A stretch of DNA of 49,553 nucleotides, filler included, from Streblomastix strix (lineage: Eukaryota): the NCBI GenBank assembly GCA_008636045.1. It is 3 parts of 3 records of this genome, joined end to end, with 100 filler letters (N's around TTAATTAATTAA, not from the genome) between each part and the next. Parts side by side here need not be neighbours in the genome. Positions count along the whole stretch, not along the records: positions 1 to 16,455 come from SNRW01000808.1; 2 more parts are not named here. One strand, written 5' to 3'. A program made the position numbers and the translations under genes. Position 1 is the first letter of the stretch. Every line of letters starts with the position of its first letter. Below are positions 1-13,800 of the stretch, piece by piece. The notes under the pieces are model-generated. The model was not told where the DNA came from. It made no database searches and saw nothing but the letters and a program-made list of their open reading frames with translations.

Positions 1-479
1 AAGGTACAAGAAACATGGAAGAAACTAAGAACACCAATTTTGCGAACGTTTAGGCTCGCATAGCAACCAACAACGTTTGCATAAGCATCTAGAAAATCAC
101 AATTTCTTAATGAAAGTAAAATTTTTTTGAAAGTTGCAACTTCGTATCCAGGAATCATTCGGAATTAAGAGCTAAAAAAGCTAAAGAATCCAAAAAGTAG
201 AAATGAATCTGTATTAACCATTTTCACAAGGGGTGGTGGCGAAGCTGGACCCCTCAGTCATGCAAATAGAGAAAGAAGAAGCTATATAACGCTAATAACC
301 TCAGAACGGCTAAAAGTAAGCGAAATCCGAAAAGAAAGGAGGCGGAATAATGAAATAATGCGCAGTATGGGCAGCAATAGGAGTAGAAAAACAAGTGGTG
401 ATGGGAATTACGCCACTGTAATCTAGCGAAAACAGTAAACAAATCCTTTAAAACATATCACATCCCACAGATCCTAGAC

Positions 480-2215
480 TAAAATTACTCCGATATCATC
501 TTCTACTTTATGAAAACATCCGTTAGAATATAATTATTTAAGTTAACACACTTTACGTTAAACACTTTTCTCCATCCTTCTAAATACTTAAAAGAGATTG
601 AAGCTTCAGAAAGATTCTTGACACAAGAAAACTAAACGAATAAACGAAAATGATCCATTTCAAAATGATATTTCCATCCGATGTTCAATTAACCATTCTC
701 AAAAATTCATATTTAATTTCAATCGACATAAAATCCGAATTCAATCATATCACAATTCACCATTCACTTCAACCATACTTAGGATTCTAAGCTGACGATT
801 GACCAAACGTCTACATCAGCATGCCTTTCGGACACAGACTTGCTACGATAATTTTAATCAAACCTTTCAGATGGCGCTAGCAGCTATCAAAAGGGTCTAT
901 CTTCTACAATTCTTCAAAATTATGACGATATCTTGATAATATACGAATAATCAGAAATATTAATACAAGAATTTCGATTAATAAAGAGTAAACTCAAACA
1001 AATAAATGCGGATAATAAACGAAAAGAAATCAGAGATATAACGAATAAGAGAAATTCGTCACCTGGGCTGGATCTGGAACATATAATCAATTACCGTTAA
1101 AATGTCACACGTTAGATAGATAAAACTTACATGTACGATTCATTTCCTTAACTTACAGACTAAAAGAGGACAATTTGTTTAAAATCAAATGTTGGCCAAT
1201 ATAATCGGGAAATTCCAATTTCAAAAATTCCAAATCCAATTTGCATCCTTTCAACTAATTAAACTAAATAGGTTGAAAGATAGAGCAGTTCATAAACGAA
1301 GATCGAACACAATTCTTCAATTATAGCCTACATTATAGCCAAAACTTTTCTGATTACACTCGACGATCTTCAGGAACAATCAGCTTCAGTTACAAATGAG
1401 AATTAGACAAATAGTGACTCTAACTACGGATGCAAATAGAACATGATCAGGAGCAATACTGAATCTGAATCAATAAGAATGGCTACAAGCATCAACATGA
1501 AAAAAGCCGATGAGACTTCGATCGTGTAACCAAAGAGAAGCGAGAGCAATTCTCTATGCATTGAGGAAGTTTATACATGAACTATTAACAATCAAATAAT
1601 AGATAATATAGACACAAAACCAAGTCGTTGTTACAAATCTTAAAAGGAAAGCTTCAACAGCTCCTTTAGCAACAATATTGAAGAAAATCTGTCTAGAAGC
1701 GATGTAGTAGGGATTAATAATTCATCCCGTACATATTTGATGTCCAGATAATAAGAAAGCAGACGCCCTAAGTCGATTAGAAATGGCAGGAGATTACCAA
1801 ATAAGAACAAAATGCCTGACTACAGCCCTTCAATAACTAGATCTCACTCTGTAGAAAGATATGTTTGCAACAAAAAAGGTACTCCAAATGTAAAATTTAC
1901 TACTCTTCAACGCAGGAAGACACTGCTGCAGGCACGAGAGAACTCAGGCCCATCTAGTTCAATAAGATAATATTTCACAATCCTTCATTTACACTTATGG
2001 GCAAAGTCGTTTAGAAACTTCTCAAAGTGAGCAATTGAACCGAGGAAGTGATAGCCATGTACTGGCCGAATCAATGGTGGTCACAACAACTACGAAACAT
2101 GTCGTTTAACTAGATTATTCCGTGTTATTCAGATAGAACATTCAAAGAGGGACCCTCAATGAAACTTTGGAAGATGAAACTTCCTCCAGGAAGAGTAATT
2201 CTTCTCGTGACAAAT
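480..2215 (+). pseudogene. DIRS pol: reverse transcriptase - RNase H - N6-adenine methyltransferase-like domain (frameshifted)
   Basis: Table-6 translation gives HFKM..SIDIKSEFNHITIHHSLQPYLGF..YISMPFG (650-832), NYDDILII (~918-941, damaged YxDD), HLGWIWN (~1060-1080), RNase H TLTTDA, CNQREARAILYAL, NKKADALSRLE (~1750-1782), then DMFAT, WPNQWW and MKLPPG motifs typical of the DIRS MT domain. Confidence 0.85.
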
Positions 2216-3210
2216 ACTGGAGAGGTAACTTAATTTTCCATCAATCATACAACAACAGCTAAACATTTAAAATTAAAAGAATAAGACGCTTTGGTAAAAG
2301 AAATGGGATTGAATTTTGTAGAGAACTCGTTGCGCTTCACTTGCTTGACTAGACATATATCTGAAAACAAAACGTAAGAAAGTTTCATCATTTCTTAAAG
2401 ATGTTGTAGTGCCAAATGTTAGAAGTGCACTAAATGGAATGCAAAAGATATGTAAAAGTAACAAATAAATAATAGAAATTTGAATAGGTGTATGTTCATT
2501 CATGGCTCCTTTAATCAATAACAAAGATTTAACAAGATTCCCATTAATTTCATCCTTTATGAGGCCAATAATATCCGCAAGAATAAAGAAACCAAAATTT
2601 GACAAAGTATGGAATATAAATAAGCTATTTGACTTTGAAAGATTAAAATGTATCGATAGGACTAAATAAAATATCATGTTATATGCGTTTGTACTTCTAG
2701 AAGCTCATTCATCGTTACTTGGTACAGTGCTTGCTTCTATAACAAGAGATTCAGTAACAGTTAAAAAAGAAAGCATTAAAATAATCGTATCAAAGAAGAA
2801 AGCTAAGAATGGTGGAAGAGAAATAGTCACACGATCTAGATTCGACAAAACGACCTTTCCGTTTATCGCTCTCTCTAATTGTATTAATATACTGAATGAT
2901 AAGTGTCCAAATGGACAGGCAATATAGATAAACAAAAGAAATTTCCAGGCTACAGAACAAGGCGTTAGAGATCTGTTGCGATATAAAATAAGACAAACAT
3001 GTATTAAAAAAAGAATATGGCACAAATATAATACGTCATTTTTTAATGATTGAGACCAAGAAAACCAAACTTACTTTACAGCAGGTAAACATGTTAACAG
3101 ATCGCACCCTAGGATCGGTAATTGTAGATGAATATTACAATAACTTTGATCATTCACTCGAAATCGATGTTGTAATTAATTAGAGTATGCCAGCCACTCT
3201 GAATAATTAA
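2215..3210 (+). pseudogene. DIRS tyrosine recombinase (frameshifted)
   Basis: Follows the MT domain; contains SIKIIVSKKKAKNGGREIV (catalytic Lys region), TNIIRH (~3020-3037) and QVNMLTDRTLGSVIVDEYYN (~3080-3140, catalytic Tyr region). Confidence 0.75.
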
Positions 3211-4929
3211 CAAAATATATATCTTTGAAACTCTCATATAATAAAGAATGAGGTTGTTACTTTGTACTGTAATAAAATCAGAGTTTTTCGATTGATTTTG
3301 TTAGACATAAAAAAGTGACAACCCACTCCTTTTGATCGCTTTTAAATAGACTCGTAAATATATGCCATAATTTAATGCAATTTTTATATTGCATAATTTA
3401 CTCATTATCAATTCCATCCTCATTCCCTTTCTTTCTTTCTTTCTTTCTTTCTTTTTTTTAAATAAATTTTAATAAGTTACAAATGAGATTGTCATAACTG
3501 CTACTGTCTGAAATAATTGGATTCAAACCATAGGCAATTTCCTGAGCGCGCACAGGATAAACATATAAATAAATTCGCAATAAAAGCCTTTGTTACTTCA
3601 TCACCATAGTAAGAAACAAAAATTAATAAAATACTTCGAGATACAGATGCAAAAGGCGGGTAAATATCTCTAGTTAAAGTCAAAGAACAGGCAGAGGAGG
3701 AAGTTGGTCACATTATTGGACATTCGTTCCATAAATCGTTAAATAATGGCCATTCATATTGATGAAATTTAACCAGAAACTGCGACAAAAATTGATACTC
3801 AAAAAATGATAATAAAAAAATTGAATTTTCGAGAAAATGTGAGACGAGTTCGGTTGCTTGCAACAGAGGGGGTATCTATTATCTGATAATTGTCGAAGTC
3901 ATACAACATAAGAACTAATAGGGTTATTAAGTGCAAACAACATTGCACTAATTACCACTCCTACAAATTCTGCATATTACATTTAAGTTTTGGATGGTGT
4001 TTTCAGCGCATATAAACAACATTTGCAATAACTACGTGGTAATTAATATCATTGCTCAATTAATGACATAATTAAGTTATACATATCAGCATATTAAATG
4101 CTGCACATTAGACCAAATTATAGCACAGTGCAAAAAGGATAACATTTCTCGCAAAAAGTTTGAATAAAGAAAATTCGCAAAAGAAAATAATCATATTTTG
4201 GCGTTCTCAACAGCGACCTTCTGGATAATTGAGTTTATATATGATTTTTTCAAACTACAATTTTATATTTTCATAGTTTGCTATAATAAATTGAAAAATA
4301 TATTTACATTGTTTAAAAATTTGCAATGTATTTATTTTTATTTTTTCTGAAAATTAACAAATAACTATATATTATAGATAAACAATAATATTTAATTGAA
4401 ATAGATAGTTCAGTTTCAGTATTAATGCTGAAGGTTTTGATATAACATATATAAATACTTTTAGGTACTAAATTAGTTTATATTTTCAGTTGTCACTGGA
4501 TATTTCAATAGACATTGATAAAATTGAATTGTATTTGCACAGTTATCTTAGTATATTTATTAAGTAATTTATTTAAATGATGGAAATAAGTTCAATGCAA
4601 TATTGAATGATACCAAGTAACAGCAAATGCACAATAAATCGATCTTTTATAGAATTTGAGTTATATTGTTTATTTCGATCCTCATGAGTGAATTGATTTC
4701 TGGATAAATTAATCACAAAATGTGGTAAATAAAGAAATATCACACAAAAAAATAAATAAAATAAAACGAATTATAGAAAACACTCGGTGCCAAAAAAGTT
4801 TCTATTAAATATGGCACTAATTAATTTAATAATAAATAAAACTATCACTATTATAATAAAGAAATATTCAACAATACATAAATTGTTAAATAAAATTATT
4901 AAATATATTACAGAATTATTATAAAACAT

Positions 4930-5457
4930 TCAATTTGTTTTGTGAGTAATAATTTAGTAATCCCTCCAAACTCTTGAAGCAAATTGGATATAGCTCCAAT
5001 CGCTTATCTGCAATTTCCAATCCATTATTTTAAGTATGATCATCTCCGAATCGTTAAGAGTTTCCAGTTTCATCTAAAAAGTCTTCGCCCACCATGAATT
5101 TAAACATGGCTTATCACGCAGGAACTTCTAAGTTATGATACAAACACAAACAAGAGCAGTTCCAACGTTATCTGCTGTTATAAATCCACTATTTTCAACC
5201 TCTCTGCTTCTATGAAGCAATATCTCCATGAGTTGCATAGCTGATATTATCTCCCCTAAAGTAAATTGTGCGTGGAATCGAATAAACTCCAAAAGTCCTC
5301 TGGTTGTCTCTGCTGTAACAAAAATCTACGATCCTTGGACATGTTCTTGGATTGCACTTGCTAAGAACGTAGATAAAATAACTGTTTGCACTTCTGAGGG
5401 TAGTTAGTTCGAGTCGAACTCCAATTATTGCAATTTTATATAATATTCTTGTGTCAT
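4930..5457 (-). CDS. Cyclin-like protein, PHO80/PCL (cyclin P/U) type, 175 aa
   Basis: Intact ATG-to-TGA ORF under table 6: MTQEYYIKLQQ...NVGTALVCVCIITQKFLRDKPCLNSWWAKTFQMKLETLNDSEMIILKIMDWKLQI, matching the cyclin-box pattern K(F/Y)xxD..NxxWA..LNxxExxxLxxxxWxL. Confidence 0.8.
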
Positions 5458-6280
5458 CTAAATATTTTGGAAGAAAAATATATAAAATTTAATAAATAAA
5501 TATTAAAAATAATAGTAAAATGAAAAATTAAGAATCAAAAAAAAATTATTATATATTTGATCGAATTTTAATAGTTTTCAACATAAATTTTTAATATTTT
5601 GTTAATAATTGATTTATGAGCTTATAAGATAAATAATATATACAATTTATAAAATATTACACTTTTTTAATATTTTATATTAAAAAAGTTAATTTCTTGT
5701 AAAATTAAATTGGAATATAGAGCGTATTTTATTATATTTATTTGATATTCAATTATTTTTAAATGTTTTGTATTAAAACATGAATTAATAATATTTTTTT
5801 GATAAATAAGTGATAACACACAGAATATTTACTTTTAAAATTCATGTAAAAGTGTACGTTAGCAACAAATTTTTATTATTTCCGATCTTCTCCAAAGGAA
5901 TAATTTCAGAAATTATATTTCTATATCCAACCACTTAAATTACTCATTTCAACTTGTTTATTTAACATTTATTTCAAATATTATTTATTCAAATGCAAGA
6001 AAAGTTATGTAGTGAAAGTTTAGTTAAAATGTAAAATATTTAATATTGTAAAAAAGTTTGAATGCAGCATTATTAACCAAATTTTACACGCTTTTATTAT
6101 TCGAAATTGTATCATTATCTCGTAACTATTGTTTAACATTACACACAACTCTCTGTATCGAGTTATGATGCAATTAAAATAAAAATCTGGATTTCTCTAC
6201 TAGCCATGTTTTAAATCTACTTCATTGTGAATATTTAATATTGACTTATTATTTATTATTTATTTTCAGATATATTTACA

Positions 6281-6850
6281 ATGAAAGACAGCATATTAAG
6301 CGAAAATCTAGAAAAGTGCACAAAAACTCAAATAGTTGAGTTTGCTCACCCGATGCTCTTCCAAGAAAAATCCTCTTCTTTTTTAGGATTTGAAAATTAA
6401 TGCTAGTAGTTGTTAGCACAGAAACTATTCAGTATTTTAGAACGTGCTGTTGCAGGTGCAAGTGAAGTCATATCCATTTCAAGTATTGCCTTATTCCTTA
6501 AGTACTTGTGGCATCGCACTTATATGATAGTTGAAGAAGGCATCATTCTTGTTGCTTTTCTGGAAAAGTTTGTTCGGAATTAAACAGCGAGGGGAGTAAA
6601 AATTCTGAATACCAAGAATATTGGAACTATGCTTATAGTTCTTGTAATTGTTACAATGAAATCTTGCAGAGATAAAGTTTGCTTGAACCAGTTTTATGCT
6701 GATGAATTTGAAATACCTTCAGCAGTTCTAAACCAGTCAGAGACAACATTCTTGAAAGTCATTAAAAATGAAATGTGGATTGGATATTCAGATTATTCAT
6801 TATTATTTGATGAGATTAAGAAGGTTAAAGATACTTAAATCACGAATTGA
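6281..6850 (+). CDS. Cyclin-like protein, PHO80/PCL type, 189 aa
   Basis: Intact ORF under table 6: MKDSILSE...NIGTMLIVLVIVTMKSCRDKVCLNQFYADEFEIPSAVLNQSETTFLKVIKNEMWI; paralogous to the ORF at 4930-5457. Confidence 0.78.
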
Positions 6851-7438
6851 ATTGAATTAATTTGCTTTTTATTTGTAAATTTGTTCATTTAATATTTATT
6901 TCATTGTCTCAAATATTAACATATTTTATCAAATAATTAATCTTAATTATTCTATATTAATTAAAATTCTTTACTAACTTTGTGATATCTATTTATTAAA
7001 TTTACGTCTTAATTGTATTTTGTTCTATTTTTGTTCATATTAGATACATCTCATAAATTCTTCACAACATTACACTTCAATTTTAAACTCAATTTTTTAA
7101 TTATTGAAAATTTATTTAATAATTTATTTTTATATTTTCAATTTATGTTATTAGTAATTATTATTGTTATTATTTTGTATTAATTTATTAATTTATTTTG
7201 TATTAATTTCTCTTATTAATGTATAGTATTAGTACATTAAATATTATTTATTAATTTATAGTTGCATTCATGATATTTTGCATCTGTTTTTTGTCATATC
7301 ATTCATTCTAAAATAAATTTTAATTTATTTCCAAATCATTTTGTTGAATAAATTATTTATTTATTAAAAATTGTGTATCAAATTAGAAATAATAGCAGAG
7401 TTTATCCAAAATAAGTTTCTTTCTTAGTTCAATTTCAT

Positions 7439-8120
7439 TCATTTTATCTTCAAAGAATATAAATGACTGAGATTATGCAATAACAATTTTATTATTACTA
7501 TTATCTGATATCTATATATCACTTTCTTTATTCTTCTATTTAGCTCTCCAAATACTCTCTAATCCATTATCCAATACGCAAATTAATCCTTCACCCCATC
7601 CACACATCTGAGGAATATTCATCAATGATTTATTCATCCTCTCTGATATACCAAACATTAGATCTGCTCCTGGTCCATCATATTCAACACCAATACAAAC
7701 ACATTCATCAATTGTGTTGAATGCTGAACTAAAACTTGGTTCTTGGATTTCATTTGTTTGTTATGGTTTATGAGATGGATTTGGATTTGATAGATGTGTG
7801 CTTATTAATATTTTTATTCATATATTTTATTTGATTATTATTGTTAAATATTAGATAAATATCTTAATTCTAAAATTTCATTCCGTTCTTGTCGAGCTTC
7901 TTATTCAAGATTATCTACTTTATGTCTCCTGATTTTTATTAAATTATCTATTATTCTAACTCAATTCACTATAAACCATCTTTTTCAATGTTTTATAATG
8001 ATAACTTATAGTTTGCAATCAATTCAATTTTCCTTCTAAGTATGAATTTATCATCTTATTGTTCCATCTCAAATTCACCTTAGATCATGAAGCTTCCTCC
8101 ACACTCTTTCCCATCTCATT
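7439..8120 (-). pseudogene. Fragment of a hypothetical gene (frame-disrupted)
   Basis: Protein-like frame at ~7439-7800 (EPSFSSAFNTIDECVCIGVEYDGPGADLMFGISERMN..CGWGEGLICVLDNG); the upstream part needs frameshifts or splicing. Confidence 0.3.
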
Positions 8121-8743
8121 AGGCTAGAAGTGCTTTATCGAGAATGAGGTGAAGAATTCCAAGAATTACAAGAATAGAGATGCAGTACGTCTATGTAGAT
8201 GTCAATATATAAATAAATTTGCGTTTAATTAAGTCAATTAAGAAGCTAAAGCATTAAATTCCCAAATTACAGCTCAGTTTCTATCAGATGAACTAGCTAA
8301 TTTCACTCATTCTTCGCATCTACACAAATAAAAAATAATTGATTGCAATCTTGCCCAAAGTAGAAATCGCAAACAATTTACTAGCAAGCGTAAAATCTGC
8401 TTTAAAACATTTTCTAGAGGGGTTTTTCAGATGTAAAACTTTCCTATTTGATAATTTTTATTCTCTTCCCGAATAAAATTTCAATAAAATTCACAAAATC
8501 TTCCTGGGGGCTCCAAAAAAATGTGAGAAAGAAAATATTAAAAAAACTGTTAAATTTTATAATGAATTCAATAAATTTAATATATTTAACGGAAAATAGT
8601 TTATAATATAAATTAAAAGTTGAATATATAATTTTATTTATGAATAATGAGATATTAATGGAAAACAAAGTCCCAGTTTGCCAGATTGAAAAAAGTTTAA
8701 TAAAAGCACAGAATTTAAATTTATAAAAGTTGAATTTAAAAGA

Positions 8744-10282
8744 ATGGAAAGCTAGACAGACTAATCATTATCAGAATCTAGAGAACGAGTTACATTATTC
8801 CAAACAAACAATGTTCATTCATCAATGAAATAAAAAAAATATAAAAAAAATAAAATTAAAAGATATATGAATAAAATTGAAGATGCAAAGAAAAAATCTT
8901 AGGAAGTAAAGAAGTAAAAATACATCCTCAAGATTAGAAATCTTCTGGAAAGATGCACATTTGAAGTGCTTGAAAGTATAATTGATGAAAAATTAATAAA
9001 GTTAATTGGAAATGAATTGAAATTAAAATTTGATGATAATGAGATAAATGTGTTAGAAATAATTATGATGATTATTTAATGCATTAACAGCATGAAAAAG
9101 ATTTAATTCTACCAATTCTTAGCTATATTTTTTAAGAATAAAATTATCAAGAAAATTGAAGATTTAATTAATGTTTTGAGTAAAAGGAATGAAAAATAAA
9201 ATCTCGTTTCTACTAGAAGCAAGTCTCATTTTGTAATCTGCATATATTCATATATTCAAAGGGGGTAAGTATGCAACAATTTTAACTAATATCCATCATT
9301 TTCATTAGTAGAATTATTGAAAGAAATTGAATATATAAATAATTAAATCTAATAGTAAAATAGAATATTGAATAATAAAAAAGAAAATAAACAATTGTTT
9401 AAAATGAGTTAAGAAACTTTAATTGCGATTTGTTCACTTTCAATAATTGATCGATATTTATCATATTCTATGAATTAACATTAGTGGTTTAAATAAATTA
9501 TTAATCTTATTCATTTGAATTGCAATTGCAAAATGAAAATAATAGTGGAAGATAAAGAAACTGCAAATTCGATAAAGAATCAAATATATTTCATTCTTAA
9601 TAATATAATAAATACCTAATAATTATTTTCACTTGAAAAATAATAAAATGAAATGCTAACTAAAGAAATAAAAGATAATAAATTAATTTAACATATAAAT
9701 TCTTCACTTGAAATGATTTTGAGATAAAGGAATGAAAAAATGAAATGTTCTAACATTTTAACTAAGAATTTAATAATTTCTTCCAATTCAATAATATCAA
9801 AATAATTAATACAAATAACAGATGATGTAAAGATAATTTAACTTTCTTCAAATCTAATAAGAGTATATTAAAGATATTTAGATGAAAAAAATGAAAAGAT
9901 TCCAATATTGTGTTTATAAGCTTTTTACAACATGAATAATTATGGAAGTGAATAATTTTAAGGCAATCTTCTATTTGAACAAAATTATATTTAATTATTA
10001 ATTACATCGATGAGCAGTGAAAGAAATAAACATTAAAGCAGGAAAATTATCTAATAAGTTATGAAATGCTTATGGAAGATATTTATAGTACTTAAATAGA
10101 ATTAATATATAAATTAATCGCATTCAAACATATATTTGAAGTGCGTATATGAATTAACAGAATGTGAAGGTGGATATGAAGAGAATGAATCATACCTATT
10201 TCATAAAAAACGAAAGTTTGAAATTGTTTAAAATGCAAAAGATTATAAAAGCGTGTTGAATAATTGTTTTGTTATGGAGTGA
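8744..10282 (+). CDS. Hypothetical protein, 512 aa, probably alpha-helical/ARM-like
   Basis: Continuous ATG-to-TGA ORF of 1539 nt under table 6 (MESQTDQSLSE...ELTECEGGYEENESYLFH...NNCFVME*); I/L/K/N-rich helical composition. The fold call is inference. Confidence 0.7.
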
Positions 10283-10868
10283 TTATTATATTTATTGTAA
10301 TTAGTTGATTTTAATTCTGTCAGTACTATTTTCAATTGTTGTTGATAAATAAATATTATTAAACTATCAAAATAGTCTTTTTTTAAGTTTAAATAGATTA
10401 ATATTATAATTTTAATTAATTTTTAAATTGAGTTTAAACTGTGCAATTTATAAAGGTTGATTAATGGAATATTAGCAGAAAATCATAGGGTACTGCTCAG
10501 GCTGGTATGAAAGAGAAAAAATATGTAGACCATGCTTTTGAGAGAAAATAAGAACTTGATCCATTCAAAGTTGAATGGTTTAATCCATAATCAAAACATT
10601 TATTCGATACATACATATATAAATCGTTTATTATTACTAAAGCAGATTAAAAAATTAATATAAAATATGAAAAATATTGAAGTTAATAATAAAAGATTAC
10701 ATTACAACAAATAAGATTAAATCTAAGATAGTGATAATTGAATGATTATTATTATGAAATATAAAATATTTCAAGAAAAATAAATTAAATAAAATTATTA
10801 AATAAAATTACTAAATAAAATTACTAAATATAATAAATATGCATAATTATTTTATCAACTAATAATAA

Positions 10869-13800
10869 TCAATTATATTGAGAATCTTATATAATTAATA
10901 ATCTCTGTTAACCTTCTGCCTCTTATGCCTAAGCATGGTTATTATATAGTTCAGTTTCATTTTCATTTGATCCTGCTGAATATATCTTCTTTCTCTCTCT
11001 ATATTGATAGCAAAGGATAATAATCAATATTATCAATGCAGTGGAAATAAGTGCCACACAAATGAGAACAATTGCGATTATAGCATAAGTACTGAGCTTA
11101 CCCATATTAATATCCAATATCTCGCTGATCTGAGCGCCATCAGCGAATACGAGCCAAACTTCCATTGGCTCCCATTTACGAACTATTTAATAGCGGGTTT
11201 GAATGACTATTTCTGTTTCATTTTCCCAATGAAGTGAATTTTCCATTAATTAAGTTTGGCAGTGCAATTCTCTCTCTATTACTTTCTCTGGTATTATTTA
11301 TCCATCTTCATTTGTTACTTTCATCTTCTCGCACACTTTATACTTCACTACTCCACATCTCACTAAATGCCTTCCAATTAATGTAATATCTACACCTAAC
11401 TAATCTGCGCTCATTGTTCCATTGGCTTTATCAATATGAGGAATAAATAATGATGATTTCACATTTAATAATCCTCCAAATAGTTTACATTCATTTCCAT
11501 AAACATTATCTTATTGTACATTTTCAATTTTCTTTCCTTCATCTGTTTTCAATATCCAAAGTGAATCTTCTTATAATCCATTCTCAGTAAAACTTTCAAT
11601 TGGTGAAGTGATTCTGCTTCCATATCCGCATGCTATATTCCTTCTTAAGAGAGTTGGTTTTATAATTATTGGTTCATCTTCATCTTCATTTTTATGAATT
11701 CCTTATAACAAATCTCTTTTAATGTTATTAAAGAATTACACATCAGCATCAGAAATAGTTAAATTAGCACCAAGAAGTGAAATAGCACCAATATTTAAAT
11801 TATTGAATTATGATCCTTTAGAAAGAATTAGACTTCCTGTATTTTGTCTGATATATGCAGTATTCCATCCGCATGTTGGAATAAGATGTTCTTCAGGTTA
11901 TGTTTATTCACCTTCATTTCTTTTTTTATTTTATTTATTTATTTTGCTATTCATCATATTGGATTATTAAGTATTCATATCAAATATACAATCTTCAAGA
12001 GTTATTTTCATTCCATGTGCATCAATTGCTGATCCACTATTCTCTGCTTCATCAATTCTATTCATTCCAATCATTTAACATCCTTTTAATGTGAGATTAT
12101 AATCATCCGATTAAGTTCTTTCTTTGCTGTTGATTCCAATTTTATATATTGTTTTGATTGCTGCAGAGTTTTCGAAGTTTGTTGGTAAGAATATGCATGA
12201 TTCTAAAATAGTGAATCCACCAAGACAAAGAAGATATGGTGATGTTTATTCTGTTACTGGAATAACTGACGTTTCTTCTTGTTATTCTTCAATTGGTCTA
12301 AATATGAGTTAAATTCCATTGAATATAGCATCATCTTTGACTTGTATTACAGAGTTCAGACTCTTTTCATAGAAATGAACAATAACAATTGATTTCATAG
12401 AAATCTCTCCTGATTATTCAACAGCTATTAGTGAAGACGAATATGGATCAAAAAAAGCTCCATTTTCTAAAAAAATAAAGAAATTTGGTGAAGTGGGAGT
12501 TTGCTTTGCTCTGAATATTACTTCTTCTTATACATCATCATCTTTGAAAATGGATAATTTGTTGTCTAATTAATAAGAAAATAAAATTAGTTTATTAATA
12601 AAACAAAATACACAATTTCATTTTATAACATTAATTTATAAATAGAATATATTTCTTTCATACATCTAACATTCAATGTCATTTCGTTAACAATTATTCC
12701 TGTTTTAAACTGAATAATATAACCAGGATCTTATTTTATCATCATAGCTACAAATTCTGTCAATTCTCCATCTATCAAAATTGAAGTGGAATCAACAATC
12801 ATATTCCTATTTGGCGAAGAGATTGTGAAATCTGATAATCCAGGAATAGAAGCAAAATTTATTGAATTTTTAACTTTTGTAACTAAATCAAATTTGAATG
12901 TTGCATAATTTTGTGATGTTTCTATAATCTAACTTCCTCTAAAACAATTATTGAAGGTAATTAATTTCTTATCATAAATAATTTGTTCAATTAATATATC
13001 ATTTGCTTCTAATCCAGTATTATCAATGAATATGCAACTATCTACAATTACACTCCCAATATTTATCTTACAATTATCTAAATCGCTTTAATAATTCTAA
13101 CCATTTGGATAATACGAATATTACACAGTGATTACTCCAGATTCCACATCTTAATATGGTTTCCATTCATTTCCATCTAATCTCCATGTTTTCCCATTTG
13201 TAATCCAAGTACTGTGTTTAAATTTTATTTATCCAACTTGTCCTTTAATGGTATCGAAATATGATTATCTTAACTAAATAAGTATGAATGAATTCTCTTC
13301 AAATAGACATTGATCAAATGAAACGCCCAAACTTGGAGTAGCATATATAGCAATGAATGGAATGGAAGGTTTATTTGTTGATATATGTCTGAATGTTACA
13401 TTATAGAACTCAAAATAAATTGGCGTTGGATTATTTTCTGGTTCTGTTTATCCAGTTTTAAATTGGCATGTTGAATCAACTTTTTCAATCTAATTGAAAT
13501 CAAATTCACTGTCGCTGCAGTTGATTGTTATTGGGCAAATATCAGTCAGCTAACTACTGTAAAAAATTGTATCAAAAAGACCTCCTGATGTCACAACACC
13601 CCTGTAATTAAAAGAAATAAATAGTAATTAAAAGAAATAAATAGTAATTAAAAGAAATTATTAGTAATTAAAAGAAATAAATAGTAATTAAAAGAAATAA
13701 ATAGTAATTAAAAGAAATAAATAGTAATTAAAAGAAATTATTAGTAATTAAAAGAAATAAATAGTAATTAAAAGAATTAATAGTAATTAAAAAAAATAAA

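Larger units (their letters stand above)
1..3300 (+). mobile_element. Degenerate DIRS-like (tyrosine-recombinase) retrotransposon, 5' end cut by the contig edge
   Basis: Ordered remnants of RT, RNase H, Dam-like methyltransferase and tyrosine recombinase on the + strand; higher GC than the flanks; many frameshifts and TGA stops. Terminal repeats not identified. Confidence 0.88.

Noticed and set aside
3490..3840. Minus-strand coding-like stretch (WPLFNDLWNECP..RDIYPPFAS)
   Set aside because: Internal TGA, no clear start and no recognisable motif.
10450..10650. Short coding-like island (GTAQAGMKEKKYVDHAFE..)
   Set aside because: Too short, with no supportable gene structure or family.
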